Notes under the pieces: generated by a model | The model's database searches: none | Told to the model about the DNA's origin: nothing | Seen by the model: the letters and a program-made list of their open reading frames with translations, nothing else | NCBI RefSeq assembly: GCF_963921235.1 | Contig: NC_086108.1 | Span: forward strand, 20,646,001 to 20,710,000 | Source: Mobula hypostoma | Lineage: Eukaryota | DNA length: 64,000 nt | Reading direction: 5' to 3' | Program-made: the position numbers and the translations under genes | Shown here: one piece after another, positions 1-13,005 of the stretch | How the letters are laid out: every line of letters begins with the position of its first letter | Numbering within the stretch: the stretch's first letter is position 1

Positions 1-190
1 GGAGGGGAGGAAGGAGGAGAATGGACAGGTGTAGCATTTAGCCGCTTGCAGGGAGATTAGTGGGGAGGGACGAATGGTCAAGGGAATTGCGGAGGGAATG
101 ATCCCCGTGGAAAGTGGAGAAAAATGGGAAGTAAAGGTATGTTTGGTGGTAGGATTGCTTTGGAAATGGCAGAATTTGCACAGCATAATA
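1..190 (-). mobile_element. Penelope-like element internal fragment (cut by window edge)
   Basis: Similar to 10530-10655 (shared 'agtggggagggacgaatgg'), the region just upstream of the GIY-YIG domain. Confidence 0.65.
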
Positions 191-379
191 ATAATTATGC
201 CACATCTAAAGTCTGGCATGTTAAAAATCACCCTAAATAATATAAATTTGAAATGATAAAACTTTAAAATTGCGCTATTGATTTTTCAGGGCCAATGGGG
301 TTGACTGGCAGTTGTTAATATTCATCCTGTTGCTAAAAGTGACTTTACCCTTCCAATAATTAGGCCTAAATTAGTCATC

Positions 380-800
380 GAGTCATAGAGCACAGAAATA
401 AGCCACTAGTTCCAACTTATCCCTTCCGACCGAGATTCCCACCCAAACTATTTCCATCTGCCCACCTTTAGCCCATATAACTCTTAACCTTTCCTATCCA
501 TGTACCTGCATGTTGTTAATGTACCTGCCTCAAACATTTCCTCTGGCAGCTCATTCCATGTGCTGACCATTCTCTGGGTGAAAAAGTTGCCAAAGCTCCT
601 TTTGCATCTCTTTTCCCTCACCTTAACCTATACCATCTAGTTCTTGATTCCCCAACCATGGGAAAAATTATGCATTCACCTTACCAATGCTCCTCATGAT
701 TTTAAACACCTTTATAAGATCACCCCTCATTCTCCTAACCTCCAACTTGTTTAACCACTCCATAACTCAGTCCCTCAAGTCCCAGCAATATCCTCATAAA
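380..800 (-). mobile_element. CR1 LINE 3' end fragment
   Basis: Resembles the 3' portion of the CR1 copy at 22236-22700 (ggcagctcattcca...ctctgggtgaaaaa; agatcacccctca). Confidence 0.7.
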
Positions 801-1639
801 TATTTTTGGTCAATGCTAAGAATAATCACCAAGGCTGAGAGGTAAATATTCCAGGATACTTAACTTTTAAAAGAACTAGGCAAGATCCAAAATAAGCCCC
901 GTTGTAAAAATATAATGGGATAAAGGCAGTAGAGAGTAAGATAAAGGCAGTAGATAGCACAGAAACTAAAGATGCAAGATGAATTAGGTGAAGTACAGAA
1001 ACAACAAGGGGCAAAAAATATTAATGGAAACTGACTGCAGATTTACAAACAACAGAGGTAATATGGTATATATCAGGAAATTCAAAGCACGTCATAACAG
1101 TAGTACAATAATCATGCACAACTTGAATTGGTTTGCAGGGCAACCCAAACTATCAGTAATTAAATGGAAGATTAATTTGCAGAATGTAGGAGAAGGTTTC
1201 CTTTGAGAGAACAGGCCACTTCCTTAGTATTATTAAATGAGCAGGATTTCATTAATAATCTGGTACTTAAGGGATTTTTTGTGGAAGAATGATCATTATA
1301 AAACAATATTTTATCTTAAAATGAAAGGTTTAATTCACTCTGAAACAGGGCCTTAAAACTAAATAAAGCAAATGTCAAAGGCCATGATGCACAAAATAGC
1401 TAACTGAGAAACTACATTAAATAGTAGAACAGTAAACAAGCAACTGCCAACATTTGTCAAAAAAGAATTTCTACATTATTTATTGCAAACATGTAGCCCA
1501 ATATGGCACAAAAAAAGGGAAGGTGGGAATTAGAATTGGTTTATCATTGTCACATGTACCGAGATATTGTAAAAAATTTGTCTTGCATATTGTTTATATC
1601 GATCAAATCATCATGCAGTGCATTGAGGTAGAATAAGTG

Positions 1640-2490
1640 TAAGCAGTGCAGAATGAAGTGTAATAGCTACACAAAAAATGCAATACAGATAAACAATAGC
1701 TGGAAGATCATAACGAGGTTGATTGCGAGGTTAGACATCCATCTTCCTGCACAATGTAACCATACAATATTCTTCAAACAGCAAGGTAGAAACTGTCTTT
1801 GAGCCTGGTGGTACATACTTTTAGGCGTTTGTATCTTCTATCTGATGGGAGAGGACAGAAGAGAGAATGTCTGGGTGGGTCTTTTATTATGCTGTCTACT
1901 TTACTGAGACAACAAGAAGTACAGACTTCTTACTCTGACTGCTCATCTTTTTTATCCAGTACTGATGAAGTGTCACGGCCCGACATGTCGACTGCTTACT
2001 CTTTACCATTATTGCTGCCTTGCCTGCTGAGTTCCTCCAGCATTTTTTGTGTGTTGTCTGTGAAGGGGAGGCTGGTTTCCATGACATGCTGAGCTATGTC
2101 CGCAACTCTGCTGTCAGAGCAGCTTGTAACCAAGCTGTTATGCATTCAGATGGGATGCTTTCTATGGTGCATCAATAAAAATTGGTAAGAGCTTGATAGG
2201 GCCATGCTGAATTTCTTAAACCGCCTGAAGAATTAGAGGTGCTGGTGAGCTTTCTTAGTCATGGCATCTATATGGTTGGACAAGGAAAAGCTATTGACTA
2301 CGTTAACTCCTAGGGACTTGGATCTCTCTGCCCTCCTTCCTGAAATCAAAGACCAGCTCTTATATGTTTGCTAACTTTGAGGGAAAGGTTGCGGTCACGA
2401 TACCACTCCTCTCTATCGTCTTCTGGTACTTTGACTCAATGTTATCCAAGATCTAGACCACCACCGTGATACCACTTGCAAACTTGTAGA
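1640..2490 (-). mobile_element. Rex/Babar-type LINE 3' fragment, interrupted by a Penelope 3' piece
   Basis: Similar to 12428-13000 (aaactgt...ttgagcctggtggtac...tgtatct...ctgatgg); continues after 2057. Confidence 0.55.
1930..2056 (+). mobile_element. Short Penelope-like 3' fragment with decayed hammerhead motif
   Basis: ccagtaCTGATGAagtgtcacggcccGACATGTCgact followed by the family's cctgctgagttcctccagcatttt tail; GAAAC mutated to GACAT. Confidence 0.75.
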
Positions 2491-4483
2491 GGAGAATGCA
2501 ATGGTGACTTACAAAAGAAGTTAAAATAGTATTCAATCAAAAGCATGAAAGAATTCAGCAAATTACTAAGAAATGAAAAGAGATTGAAAACATTTTCTTC
2601 ATTGGTGAAAAAGAAAAGATCAGCTGTTTAATCTGGCTCTCATAAAGACTAACAAGTAGAGCCATTAAAGTAAATATTTTGTGTCAATTTTCATGAAAGA
2701 CACAGACACCCAAATTTGATACATCTGTTGCAACTTTTTAAGTTTGCCAGCAGCAAAACCAATTACAGGGAAACCATTGGATGTAACTTGCTTAGATTTT
2801 CAAACGCCTTTTGATAAGGTGGCACACAAAAGTCTAATAAGTGAAATTAGATCATATAAACCCCAGTAAGTATAAACTTAATCTTTACTCACATGACAAA
2901 TTAATGCAATTATATCCCTCCTTAAATTAAGACAAGGATACACTATGTGACATTACCATTACCTTGTAGCAAAACCTCCTGAGCTTTATACTGCAAATCC
3001 TTTGCAATAAAGGCCAACATTCCATTTGTTCTCCAATCCCCATCATACAAACTTTGCATAATATTATCTTCTACAGCATTCTGTAACAATATTCCACTTT
3101 TCCTTTCCTCCCACAAAAGAGCATAACTTTACATTTCCCAGAGTCAATATCCATCTCCTAAAAACAGTATATACACACTTTGATCACAGCAAAGCTCTGT
3201 GACCATGCCATACTTATGTAAATACCTGCCAGGAGGTATCACCGTAAACATGTCTGTAATTAGACCCAGCATGTGAGTGCTAAAGACAATATTAAGGTAT
3301 TTCCAATGATATTCTGTAGAAAAGTATTAAGTGGATAGCTATCTTTGAAGCTACCCTGAAATCAGCCTTCAACCAATTCAGTGTACCATATGGATATTTT
3401 CTAGAAAATGTATGAAGTTTTATTCCATGTGCAACTCATCAGCAAATGAGTCAATCCATGTCTTAAAGTAGCAATAAGTGGCTAGTAACATGCCTGCCTT
3501 AAAGAACTAGGCAGAGAAATATAAATATCTAACAATCTACCTTTAACATTTAAAGGCTACATCATAGCCACGAATGCTATTATTAATTTTTAGGGGTCAC
3601 TATTTACCAAAAACTCAACAGAACACATACAAAACACATACAAACTCTGTCTACAAGAACAGGTCAGGTGCTGGGTTTCCAGTAACAAGTGGCTCACCTC
3701 CTGATCCTCAAAGCTTTTACCACCTACCAGCACAATTTTCTGTAAAAGCAAAAAGATCACACAAATCTATGCCTATTTATTGTATCAATTTACCAATTAT
3801 CCTACTAATTTATCTATCTTGTTGCAAATACTAGAAACATTCACACAAAAGCCTTCGATTTTGTATTTTTACTATGGTTTCTTGGTTCTGCACTCTTATG
3901 TTAAATGTTCTGTCTTTTCCTGTCAAAATCTAGAAACCAGACAATGGAAAATTGTATACATTGTCTGTTCTTCCAATGGGTGCGTGCTCATTTGTGCAAG
4001 GCTAATAAATGACATCTGTTGAGATCCAATATAGAAATATTGGAATCAAATCAGTGTTGGATGCAGAATGACATCACAAGCTGTTTAATTTGCTTGCTTC
4101 AGGTGGCACAAACTTCATGCACTGATGCCCTCCTCAATGCATATAAACAATAATCACCAAAGTAGAACCATCAGCAACTGTAATGTCTGTCTCTATACAG
4201 AGCAATTTTGCATCCACCGGCTAGTTAATTCTAGCAACACTACAAATTTTAATGAAAAGTATATTACAAAATTGTTGTGTTAAATGATTACTTATTTAAA
4301 GAAAATAAGCAATTATATCAGACTTGTCAGACTTACTGTTGAATTTGAACAATCATAAACATAACTCTAATATTAATTTAAACGCAAACAACAGGAATTC
4401 TGCAGATGCTGGAAATTCAAGCAACATATATCAAAGTTGCTGGTGAACGCAGCAGGCCAAGCAGCATCTATAGGAAGAGGCGC

Positions 4484-4519
4484 AGTCGACGTTTCAGGCC
4501 GAGACCCTTCGTCAGGACT
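4484..4519 (-). ncRNA. Minimal type I hammerhead ribozyme motif (Penelope-associated), intact core
   Basis: Minus strand reads AGUC-CUGACGA-agggucucggccu-GAAAC-GUC-GACU; stem I AGUC/GACU, stem III reduced to the palindrome ACGU. Confidence 0.8.
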
Positions 4520-5617
4520 AACTGAAGGAAGAGTGAGTAAGGGATTTGAAAGCTGGAGGGGGAGGGGGAGATGCAAAATGATAGGAGAAGACAGGAGGGG
4601 GAGGGATAGAGCCGAGAGCTGGACAGGTGATAGGCAAAAGGGGATACGAGAGGATCATGGGACAGGAGGTCCGGGAAGAAAGACAAGGGGAGGGGGGGTG
4701 ACCCAGAGGATGGGCAAGAGGTATATGCAGAGGGACAGAGGGAGAAAAAGGAGAGTGAGAGAAAGAATGTGTGCATAAAAATGAGTAACAGATGGGGTAC
4801 GAGGGGGAGGTGGGGCCTTAGCGGAAGTTAGAGAAGTCGATGTTCATGCCATCAGGTTGGAGGCTACCCAGACGGAATATAAGGTGTTGTTCCTCCAACC
4901 TGAGTGTGGCTTCATCTTTACAGTAGAGGAGGCCGTGGATAGACATGTCAGAATGGGAATGGGATGTGGAATTAAAATGTGTGGCCACTGGGAGGCATCA
5001 CTTCACCTGTGAGTCGACTGGGGTGATATACTGCGTCCGGTGCTCCCGATGTGGCCTTTTATATATTGGTGAGACCCGACGCAGACTGGGAGACCGCTTT
5101 GCTGAACATCTACGCTCTGTCCGCCAGAGAAAGCAGGATCTCCCAGTGGCCACACATTTTAATTCCACATCCCATTCCCATTCTGACATGTCTATCCACG
5201 GCCTCCTCTACTGTAAAGATGAAGCCACACTCAGGTTGGAGGAACAACACCTTATATTCCGTCTGGGTAGCCTCCAACCTGATGGCATGAACATCGACTT
5301 CTCTAACTTCCGCTAAGGCCTCACCTCCCCCTCGTACCCCATCTGTTACTCATTTTTATGCACACATTCTTTCTCTCACTCTCCTTTTTCTCCCTCTGTC
5401 CCTCTGAATATACCTCTTGCCCATCCTCTGGGTCACCGCCCCCCCCCCGCTTGTCTTTCTTCCCGGACCTCCTGTCCCATGATCCTCTCGTATCCCCTTT
5501 TGCCTATCACCTGTCCAGCTCTCGGCTCTATCCCTCCCTCTCCTGTCTTCTCCTATCATTTTGCATCTCCCCCTCCCCCTCCAGCTTTCAAATCCCTTAC
5601 TCACTCTTCCTTCAGTT

Positions 5618-5653
5618 AGTCCTGACGAAGGGTCTCGGCCTGAAACGTCGACT
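5618..5653 (+). ncRNA. Minimal type I hammerhead ribozyme motif (Penelope-associated), intact core
   Basis: agtc 5618-5621, CTGACGA 5622-5628, GAAAC 5642-5646, GTC 5647-5649, gact 5650-5653. Confidence 0.8.
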
Positions 5654-6207
5654 GCACCTCTTCCTATAGATGCTGCTTGGCCTGCTGCGTTCACCAGCAA
5701 CTTTGATGTATGTTGCTCTAATATTAATTTCTGCATTTCTAAGAAAAAATACATTTGAATCTGAAAAAGATAACTCCCTCAAGAATATGAATATATAGTA
5801 CATACCCTAAATAGCATTCAAATTTTAAAAAGTTACAGAGCCACACCATGAGGTTATGCTCCTTTTCTGCAGAGGTGATTAATTAACGCTCACTTCTTAA
5901 GAGTAGTTATTGTCATGGATATCTAAGATATAGATATATATTTTGTCGCTTTCCTGATTGCCATAAAATAGCCAAATATAATATCACCTCCAAATATAAG
6001 GTGACTACTTCACAAGACATTTTAAAGAAAATGTAATAGTTGCCAGAACTAACTATAATTGCATCTGATTTGCAGACACACTGTATGGAATATGGCAGTG
6101 ACACTTCGGTAACATTGTCAATAACTTTAGACATTAAAATTAGCTACCTATTGTTCAGGTCTTCAGGAAACCAGAAACAATACAATGGACAAGTACAATT
6201 CATTTAC

Positions 6208-6275
6208 CAGCAAGATCTTCCCTTGACGCAGTGGACTGCGGTGTACTGGTGCCAGGCTCAATTCTTAACGACAGT
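6208..6275 (-). CDS. RALGPS2: RALGPS2-like coding exon (LSLRIEPGTSTPQSTASREDLA)
   Basis: Inside ORF 6200..6463; AG acceptor 6276-6277, GTAAAT donor 6202-6207; 68 nt; joins the previous exon in frame (AA|A = Lys). Confidence 0.9.
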
Positions 6276-6469
6276 CTGTTGGAGAAAGATGTGACAGGTA
6301 AGATTGTGGGGAAAAAAGCCAAGGCAAAGGTGTAAACATGTTGCAAGTATGAATAAACTGCATGCCGGAAATAGGAGAGCTGTCTACCCCCATGACAGTA
6401 CCTGCCAAATCCACAAACTTTATCAGCTAGGACAAGAGCAACAAAAGCACAGTACCTCACCACCTAGAA

Positions 6470-6705
6470 ATTGACTCCAAGCCACACACCATGTTGACTT
6501 GGAAATACACTGTACTGCCATTCCTTAATCATTATTCGATCAAAATTCTGCAACTCTTTCTGTGATAGTGTTGTGGGCATACCCACACCTCAAAGACTGC
6601 AGCAGTTCAAGAAGACAGATACCACCACCTTCTCAAGGGTGTCTAAGGATGGACAATTAAATGCTGGCATAACCTGCAAAGCCCACATTTGCTGAATGAA
6701 TAACA
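6470..6705 (+). mobile_element. Old CR1/L2-group LINE 3' end
   Basis: Tail gactgcagcagttcaag...ccaccaccttctcaaggg...aaatgctggc...aatgaataa; a related decayed copy lies at about 13290-13740. Confidence 0.5.
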
Positions 6706-7360
6706 AAAATGAAAAATATTTGTAGATATTAGAGCACAATGCATCATTCAGCAAGCTTGGAGTACATAGAACATAGAGTAATACTGCACAGTACAGGCTC
6801 TTCAGCCTATGATGTTGTGCCGATCTTTTAACCTTTTAACCTATTCCAAGATCAACTTAACCCTACCTTCATATAATAAGCCCTCCATATACTTACCATT
6901 CTCTGTGTAAAAAACCTACCTTTCACAATGTTTCAGATCGAAAGCCTGCATTAGGACTGAGGGTGGAGGGACAAGATGGCCAGCATAAAGTTAAAGAGAG
7001 TGGTGAGAAAGGATTCTGAGGTGATTGGTAGAATGGAAGGTGAGAGGCATCTATCAATCCTCCAACTTCACCCCTGTTCACCTCCACTACTTGACCCTAG
7101 CTGCCCATCATTTTTCACCCATTCTCAGTCCATCAATTTCCGGTGGGGTCATCTACAAATTTATAGATCACTTTGGAGCTGTGCTTAGGTATAGAGAGAG
7201 TAGAAAAGGGGCTAAGCATGAAGCATGATAACAGCCCATGTCAATTGTCAGTGAGGGGGAGATGAGATTCCTCTAATGATAGTGGTCTCCCAAGTAAAGA
7301 ACTGAAGGGTCCAATTGCAGAGGGAGTTAGGGAGGCCCAGGTCTTGGAATTTGATGATAT

Positions 7361-8080
7361 CACTAGACAACAAATTAACTTTTATTGAATATAATGTGTT
7401 TAACTGCATAAGGGTTCTGGCACCTTGCAGTTAAGTTCAGCTAAGCTAAAAGTAATTTTTTAAATAACTAAATAATGATTTTTGTTTGTAGTCAGTATCT
7501 AAGGCTTCTCCCTTAAGTATCCAAGAATAATCAGCTAGTATTCACGGATTCCAGTTGCCCTGATACTGCTTCTCCATGACTGCAATATCCTGGTAAAACC
7601 TTTCACCATGCTTGTCACTGACAACACCAAGACTTTGCAGGGAAGAAGTCTAAATGGGAATGCAGAAAATTAATCTTCAGTGATATGTTGCACTTCATGA
7701 TTCTGTATGCTTGAAACATGTTGTTAACCAGCTGCACATAGTTTCCTGCTCTGTAGTTGCCAAGAGAATTTTCTACGACATCCTTCCATGCAATTTTCTC
7801 TGGTCCCTCTAGAAGTACTTTGAATTACCTGTCATTGATAACCTGTTTAATTTGTGGACCAACAAAAATGCCTTCCTTAATCAAAAAATAACATGTTGCA
7901 ACATACATTGGATGGGTCAAATCCAATCTACCATATAAGAGATGTTAGACACTCCCAAATGCTGAGTCAGCCTACTCCCACCATTTATTCCACTGCTTAT
8001 CTGGAGCTCATTCCCTCACCGACCCCATGACAGCCTGATAGGCCACATTCATCATGAGAAGCAGAGTGAGGCCATCAGTG
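7361..8080 (-). mobile_element. Chapaev3 (CMC)-type DNA transposon deletion derivative
   Basis: Minus-strand remnants read IKEGIFVGPQIK...LKINFLHSHLDFFP...GVVSDKHGERFYQDIAVMEKQYQGNWNP*ILADYSW (7505-7880); CACT...AGTG termini flanked by tat/tat; right boundary less certain. Confidence 0.7.
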
Positions 8081-8189
8081 TATTGAGGCAGGATTACCTT
8101 CCTGCCAAAATCTGGACAGCAAGCAATGAGCAATTTGCTCTGACTGTAGTTACCATGAGATCTGCCGGGAAAGTGGAATCCCTGAGAGC

Positions 8190-8400
8190 TTGAGGGAGAG
8201 AATGAGAATGAAGGAGAGAGTGGGAATTATGGAGGGAGGGGTGGGGCAAGGGTAAACAAACAAGAAGAAGGTGAAGTTGCAGAAGGAGGAAGAGAGAGAG
8301 GGAATAGAGAAAGAAAGAATGAGGAGGTGGCAAAGAGAATTGGGGATGTTGCAAAATGGAAGTGGAAGGAAAGAGAAACAGGCACGTAGAGAGAGAGGTT
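8190..8400. repeat. Purine-rich (GA) low-complexity tract
   Basis: Strong G/A bias on the plus strand; produces the F/S/L/P-rich spurious ORFs 8094..8408 and 8150..8404. Confidence 0.7.
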
Positions 8401-9184
8401 TCATGCATCTTTGAATGTCTTTAACGGAAACAAATTTTACTGCTCTGCCTGGAACTGGATCCCACCTGGTATTAAATCATATCATTTGTATCATCCAGCA
8501 TCATATCATTTTGACATGGTAATCAGCACCCAGAGCAGCAGGGACTGTCAAACCTGGACTGGATCCAGAGACTTCTGCCCAAATTACATTTCTCTTCCCT
8601 TGCAGCATTTCATCTAAAACAGTTTAGGATTGAGTGTAACCTCCATATCTGATTGGAAATCACACAATTGCTGGAAGTAGGGCATAAAAAAATCCAGAAG
8701 ATACAAAAGGCCAGAATTGGAGGACTAGTGAAATATTACAGAGACAATCACGAAAGAACTGAACATTATGATTTTAAATTGCATTAAAATTATAAAATCC
8801 AAACATTTTCCATTGAGCAATTCATTTTAAGGTAGTTTTCCTTTGAATCATTAAAAAATGCTGGCATTTGATTGTTGTTTAGCAGTGTGATTAAAAGTGC
8901 TGTTAATTTTAAATGTGAAAACTGCTTTGAATTTCTCAACTGCCCTATATAACAGTGAGATTAATCATACTGTCTAAACATTGTTATTACAATTTTAGTA
9001 GAAACAAAATATTGGATCATGTGCAATTATAGTCTGTCAAATCAAACATGGTATTACACATACCTCCTGAAAGGATTGGTCTCAGTCCATTTGTCAACTT
9101 TGTTTTATGAATTACTGAACTCTATTTTAGAAAAGATGAAGATTATACTTTGTCTCTGTGGTTTTAACCACTGAGTGCTGGTAA

Positions 9185-9510
9185 TTGGCATAGTGACATA
9201 GCTCCAGCAACATGCAAATCCAATCATGAGCTTTGGTGTTGTTTGGGTGGAGTTTTCATATTATCCCTTTAATTGTGTGCTTTCTCCCAAGTGTTCCAGT
9301 TTCCTCCCACATCCTGAGACATACTGGTTGGTAGGTTAATCGGCTATTGTAAGCTACCCATAGTACAGGTGAGTGACAGGAGAATTAGAGGGGAGCTGAA
9401 GGATTTGTGAGAGAGAACAGGTACAGAGAATTAAGTTGGGGAATTGTGTGGGATTGAAGGAATGCTTTGAGAGTCAGCATAGACTCTACAGGCTCCCCTT
9501 CTATGTTGTA
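9185..9510 (+). mobile_element. tRNA-derived SINE (HE1/V-SINE-like), decayed
   Basis: Core ggagttt..cata..ctccc...gtttcctcccacatcc...ggtaggttaat.ggc.attgtaa; related copies at about 16590-16750 (-) and 63665-64000 (+). Confidence 0.55.
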
Positions 9511-9767
9511 AGAAAATATCATTTATGATTATTACAAAGCTTTTTTAAGGTACAATTGTTTCAAAGATTCTGAGATGAAAGTGCAGAATAGGTTAAATAA
9601 AAGGTGCACAGCCAATTAGATGGATGATATGATACTTCAAGTACATTAAGCAACAAATATTATTTAGATAGATTTACAGTTCAAACAGTTCCTGACATCT
9701 ATTCCCTGTGAATGCAGAACAGAGTATATCTGGTGGAATTTGATTGTAAACAGGTGGGACAACGGAA

Positions 9768-10657
9768 TCACAAACAAGAGAAAATCTGCAGATGCTGGAA
9801 ATCCAAGCAACACACACAAAATGCTGGAGAAACTCAGCAGGCCAGTAGCATCTATGGAAAAGAGTATAATCGACGTTTCAGGCCGAGATCCTTTGGCAGG
9901 ACTGGAGAAAAAAGATGAGTCAGAGGTAGAAGGTGGGGGAGGGGAGGACGAGACATGGTGATAGGTGAAACTGGAGGGGGAGGGGGAGGGGTGAAGTAAA
10001 GAGCTGCGAAGTTGATTGGTGAAAGTAGTACAGGGCTGGAGAAGGGAGAGTCTGACAGAAGAAGCCAGAGGGCCATGGAAGTTACAAAAGGGGAGGAGCA
10101 CCAGCAGGAGGTGATGGACAAGAGGAAATGGGGAATGGTGAAGGAGATGTGAGATGGGAGGTGGGAGGTGGCATTATCAGAAGTTCGAGAAAATCAATGC
10201 TCATACCATCAGGTTGGAGGCTACTCAAACAGTATCTAAGGGGTAGCTCCTCCAACCTGAGAGTGGCCTCTTCGCAACAGTAGAGGAGGCCATGAAGAGA
10301 CATGTCGGAATGGGAATGGGAAGTAGAATTAAAATGGCTGGCCACTGGGAGATCCCATTTTTCTGGCGGATGGAGCAGGTGCTTGGTGAAACAGTCTCCC
10401 AATCTACGTTGGGTCTCACTGACATACAGGAGGCCACACTGGGAGCACTGATACAGTAGATGACCCCAAAAGTCGCACAGGTGAAATGTTGCCTCACCTG
10501 GATGGACTGTTTGAGGCCCTGAATGATAGTGAGGGAGGAGGTGTAGGGGCAAGTGTAGCACTTGTTCTGCTTGAAAGGGTAAGTGCCAGGAGGGAGATCA
10601 GTGGGGAGGGACGAATGGACAAAGGAGTTGTGTAGGGAGCAACCCCTGCTGAAAGGA
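9768..10657 (-). mobile_element. Penelope-like element 3' fragment with frameshifted GIY-YIG domain and decayed hammerhead (9868-9903)
   Basis: ORFs 10225..10665 (KCYTCPY...FTCATFGVIYCI) and 10082..10561 (CSQCGLLYVSETQRRLGDCF...LQPDGM); same 3' tail as the 4380 element. Confidence 0.88.
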
Positions 10658-11783
10658 CTAACCAATCAGGAAGGACAGCCGACGGGATAAAAATACCACC
10701 AGACTAGACATTCCCAGGCATCATCCCTGATAAAGGTGGCAGAATTTGTCATTGAACATTGGTTAAAATTGATACCTGTACCCAGCTGGAAGCCTGAGAA
10801 GAGTTTAATCGTCACATACTCTGGCAAAGTAGATGATACAGTGACTCCTCCCACCTGCAGAAATGACAGCAGCTAGGGCATCGGTAAACAAATTTAAGAA
10901 TCTGTTGCATGGTACTGCTTTGTGAAACACTTTCCGCACCAGGTCTCAAAAGTAAAGAAGGAGGTGTCTCACATAAAGAGACCTCCACTAGAAACCTTCT
11001 TCATTGCTACATGGAAAAACAAACTGCCATGACTTATCCACAGGGCAGACCAGGGTAAAGAAGTGTACAATGTGCAAGAGCAGCCTGTACAAGAACCACC
11101 TCAGCACTCCATGAAATGGCACAGTGGGTACCTCTTTAAGGGCTGCTCATGTTGTGTGGGTCTAGTTCCTGAAAAGAATTTTGGGCATTGAGTCAGAAAA
11201 GTAATTTCTGCTGAGCAGGGGATGGTGTAACCCAGGTTAATTAAACCCAAAGACGTAATGTTAAAAAGCTCCACTTGTGGAGGAATGAAAACTAGGTTTA
11301 TCGAATTTTTTTTTTGAAAAAGGAGAATTTGGAAAATAAAGCTATACAAGAACAAGACATAGTTGACGCGGGTGCGGACCAACAAGAGAAATGCAGCAAA
11401 CTATTAGAAAAAAAAGATATAAAGTATTAAAGGTGGAATTAGTAGTGAGCATCTCTACCCTACCTACTTCAAAACCTCAGGGTGAAACCCCTGGAGGGGA
11501 GATGATATCGATAAAAGGTTTACTGAAACTATGGCTATAACTAGCAGCAACTCTAGCGAGACAATATCTGCAGAGATAAGTGTCCAAGATCTCTACTGTG
11601 TAATCGGTAATTAGTTCTGCTCAATCATACCAAGGAAATTAGTCAGGTTTTTTTTTTGGTGTATGTATTGTGAATCATCTTTCCATGGATGACCCACTAT
11701 TTCATCCAATGAACCAAGAAAAAAGATGGCAAGCCACCCAAAATGGAAGAAGCAGCATGGGAGTTAAATATTTAATGATGTAT

Positions 11784-12428
11784 ATCCTGTATATCGGTGA
11801 GAACCAATGTAGATTGGGAGACCGCTTCGCCAAGTACCTCTCCTCTGTTCACCAGAAAAGAAAGGATCTCCCAGAGGCCACCCATTTTAATTCCACTTCC
11901 CATTCCCATTCCGATATGTCCATCCTTAACCTCCTCCACTGCCGTGATGAGGCCACACATTTAGGTTGGAGGAATAACACCTTATATTCTGTTTGGGTCG
12001 CCTCCAACCTGATGGCATGAACATCAATTTCTCAAACTTCCAGTAATGCACCCCAGCCCTCCTCTTTCACTATTTCCCATCCCCTTTTCCCTCTCTGACC
12101 TATCTCCTTGCCTGTCCATCGCCTCCCTCTGGTGCTCCTCCTCCACTTTTCTTTCTTCCATGGCTTTCTTTCTCTTTCACTGATCAACTTCCTAGATCTT
12201 TACTTCATCCTTCACCCTCCACATTTCACCTATCACCTTGTGTTTCTCTCTCCCCTCCCTCCACCTTTTAAATCTACTCCTCAGCTTTTTTCTCCAGTCC
12301 TGCCGAAAGGTTTTGGCCCAAAACGTCAACTGTACTCTTTTCCTAGATGTTGCCTGGCCTGCCGTGTTCCTCCAGTATTTTGTGTGCGTTGCTTGGACTT
12401 CCAGCATCTGCAGATTTTCTCTGGTTTG
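11784..12428 (+). mobile_element. Penelope-like element 3' fragment with decayed hammerhead (12296-12331)
   Basis: ORF 11670..12020 LYIGENQCRLGDRFAKYL...THFNSTSHSHSDM; tail ends ccagcatctgcagattttctctggtttgt. Confidence 0.88.
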
Positions 12429-13005
12429 TAATCAGAATCAGAATCAGGTTTAATATCACCAGCATATGTTGTGAAATTTATAAACTTTGCAGCAGCAGTA
12501 AAATGCAAAACATGATAATAGAGAGAAAAAGAAAACTATGAATGACAGTAAATATATATATATATAATTTTAAATAGATCAATTAAATATGTAGTGCAAA
12601 AAAATTTTTTTAAAAAGTAATGTGGTAGTGCTCATGGCTTCAATATCCATTCAGAATTCAAGTGACGGGGGGAAGAAACTGTTCCGGAACTGTTGAAAAT
12701 GTGCCTTCAGGCTTCTGTATCTCCTTCCTGATGGTAGCAATGAGAAGAAGGCATTTTTTGGTTTTGGAGATCCTGAATCATGGATGTCACCTTTCTGAGG
12801 AACTGCTCCTTGAAGATGATCTGGATACTACGGAGGCTAGTGCCCATGATGGAGCTGGATAATTTTACAACTCTGCAGCATACTTTGATTCTGTGCAGTA
12901 GATTGCAGTCCCGCCACCCGCCCCCCCCCCATCCCACCCACCATACGAGATAGTGAAGCAGCCAGTTAGAATGCGCTCCTGGATAATCTGTAGAAATTTG
13001 CAAAT
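12429..13005 (-). mobile_element. Rex/Babar-type LINE 3' fragment with (ATTCTG)n tail
   Basis: aatcagaatcagaatcagg tail abutting the Penelope end; ORF 12707..13003 remnant (SSSIMGTSLRSIQIIFKEQFLRKVTSMIQD) resembles the C-terminus of ORF 61183..61902. Confidence 0.65.

Larger units (their letters stand above)
4380..5715. mobile_element. Penelope-like retroelement insertion with inverted arms, GIY-YIG endonuclease C-terminus and 15-bp target site duplication
   Basis: ORF 4945..5316 has GVIYCVRCSRCGLLYIGETRRRLGDRFAEH...LEEQHLIFRLGSLQPDGMN (GIY-YIG); arms 4420-4994 and 5140-5717 are reverse complements; ctctaatattaattt repeated at 4365-4379 and 5716-5730. Confidence 0.93.

Noticed and set aside
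4373..5803. Duplicated ORFs (MLVNAAGQAAS..., MHTFFLSLS..., MHLPLPLQ...) as novel small proteins
   Set aside because: They are mirror translations of the two arms of the Penelope inverted repeat and cover its low-complexity 3' region.
8094..8408. ORFs rich in Leu, Ser, Phe and Pro
   Set aside because: Products of a GA-rich low-complexity tract.
10660..11640. Unassigned sequence between two oppositely oriented Penelope fragments as the interior of one large element
   Set aside because: The two fragments are clearly diverged from each other, no shared TSD was found and the interior has no recognisable coding motif.
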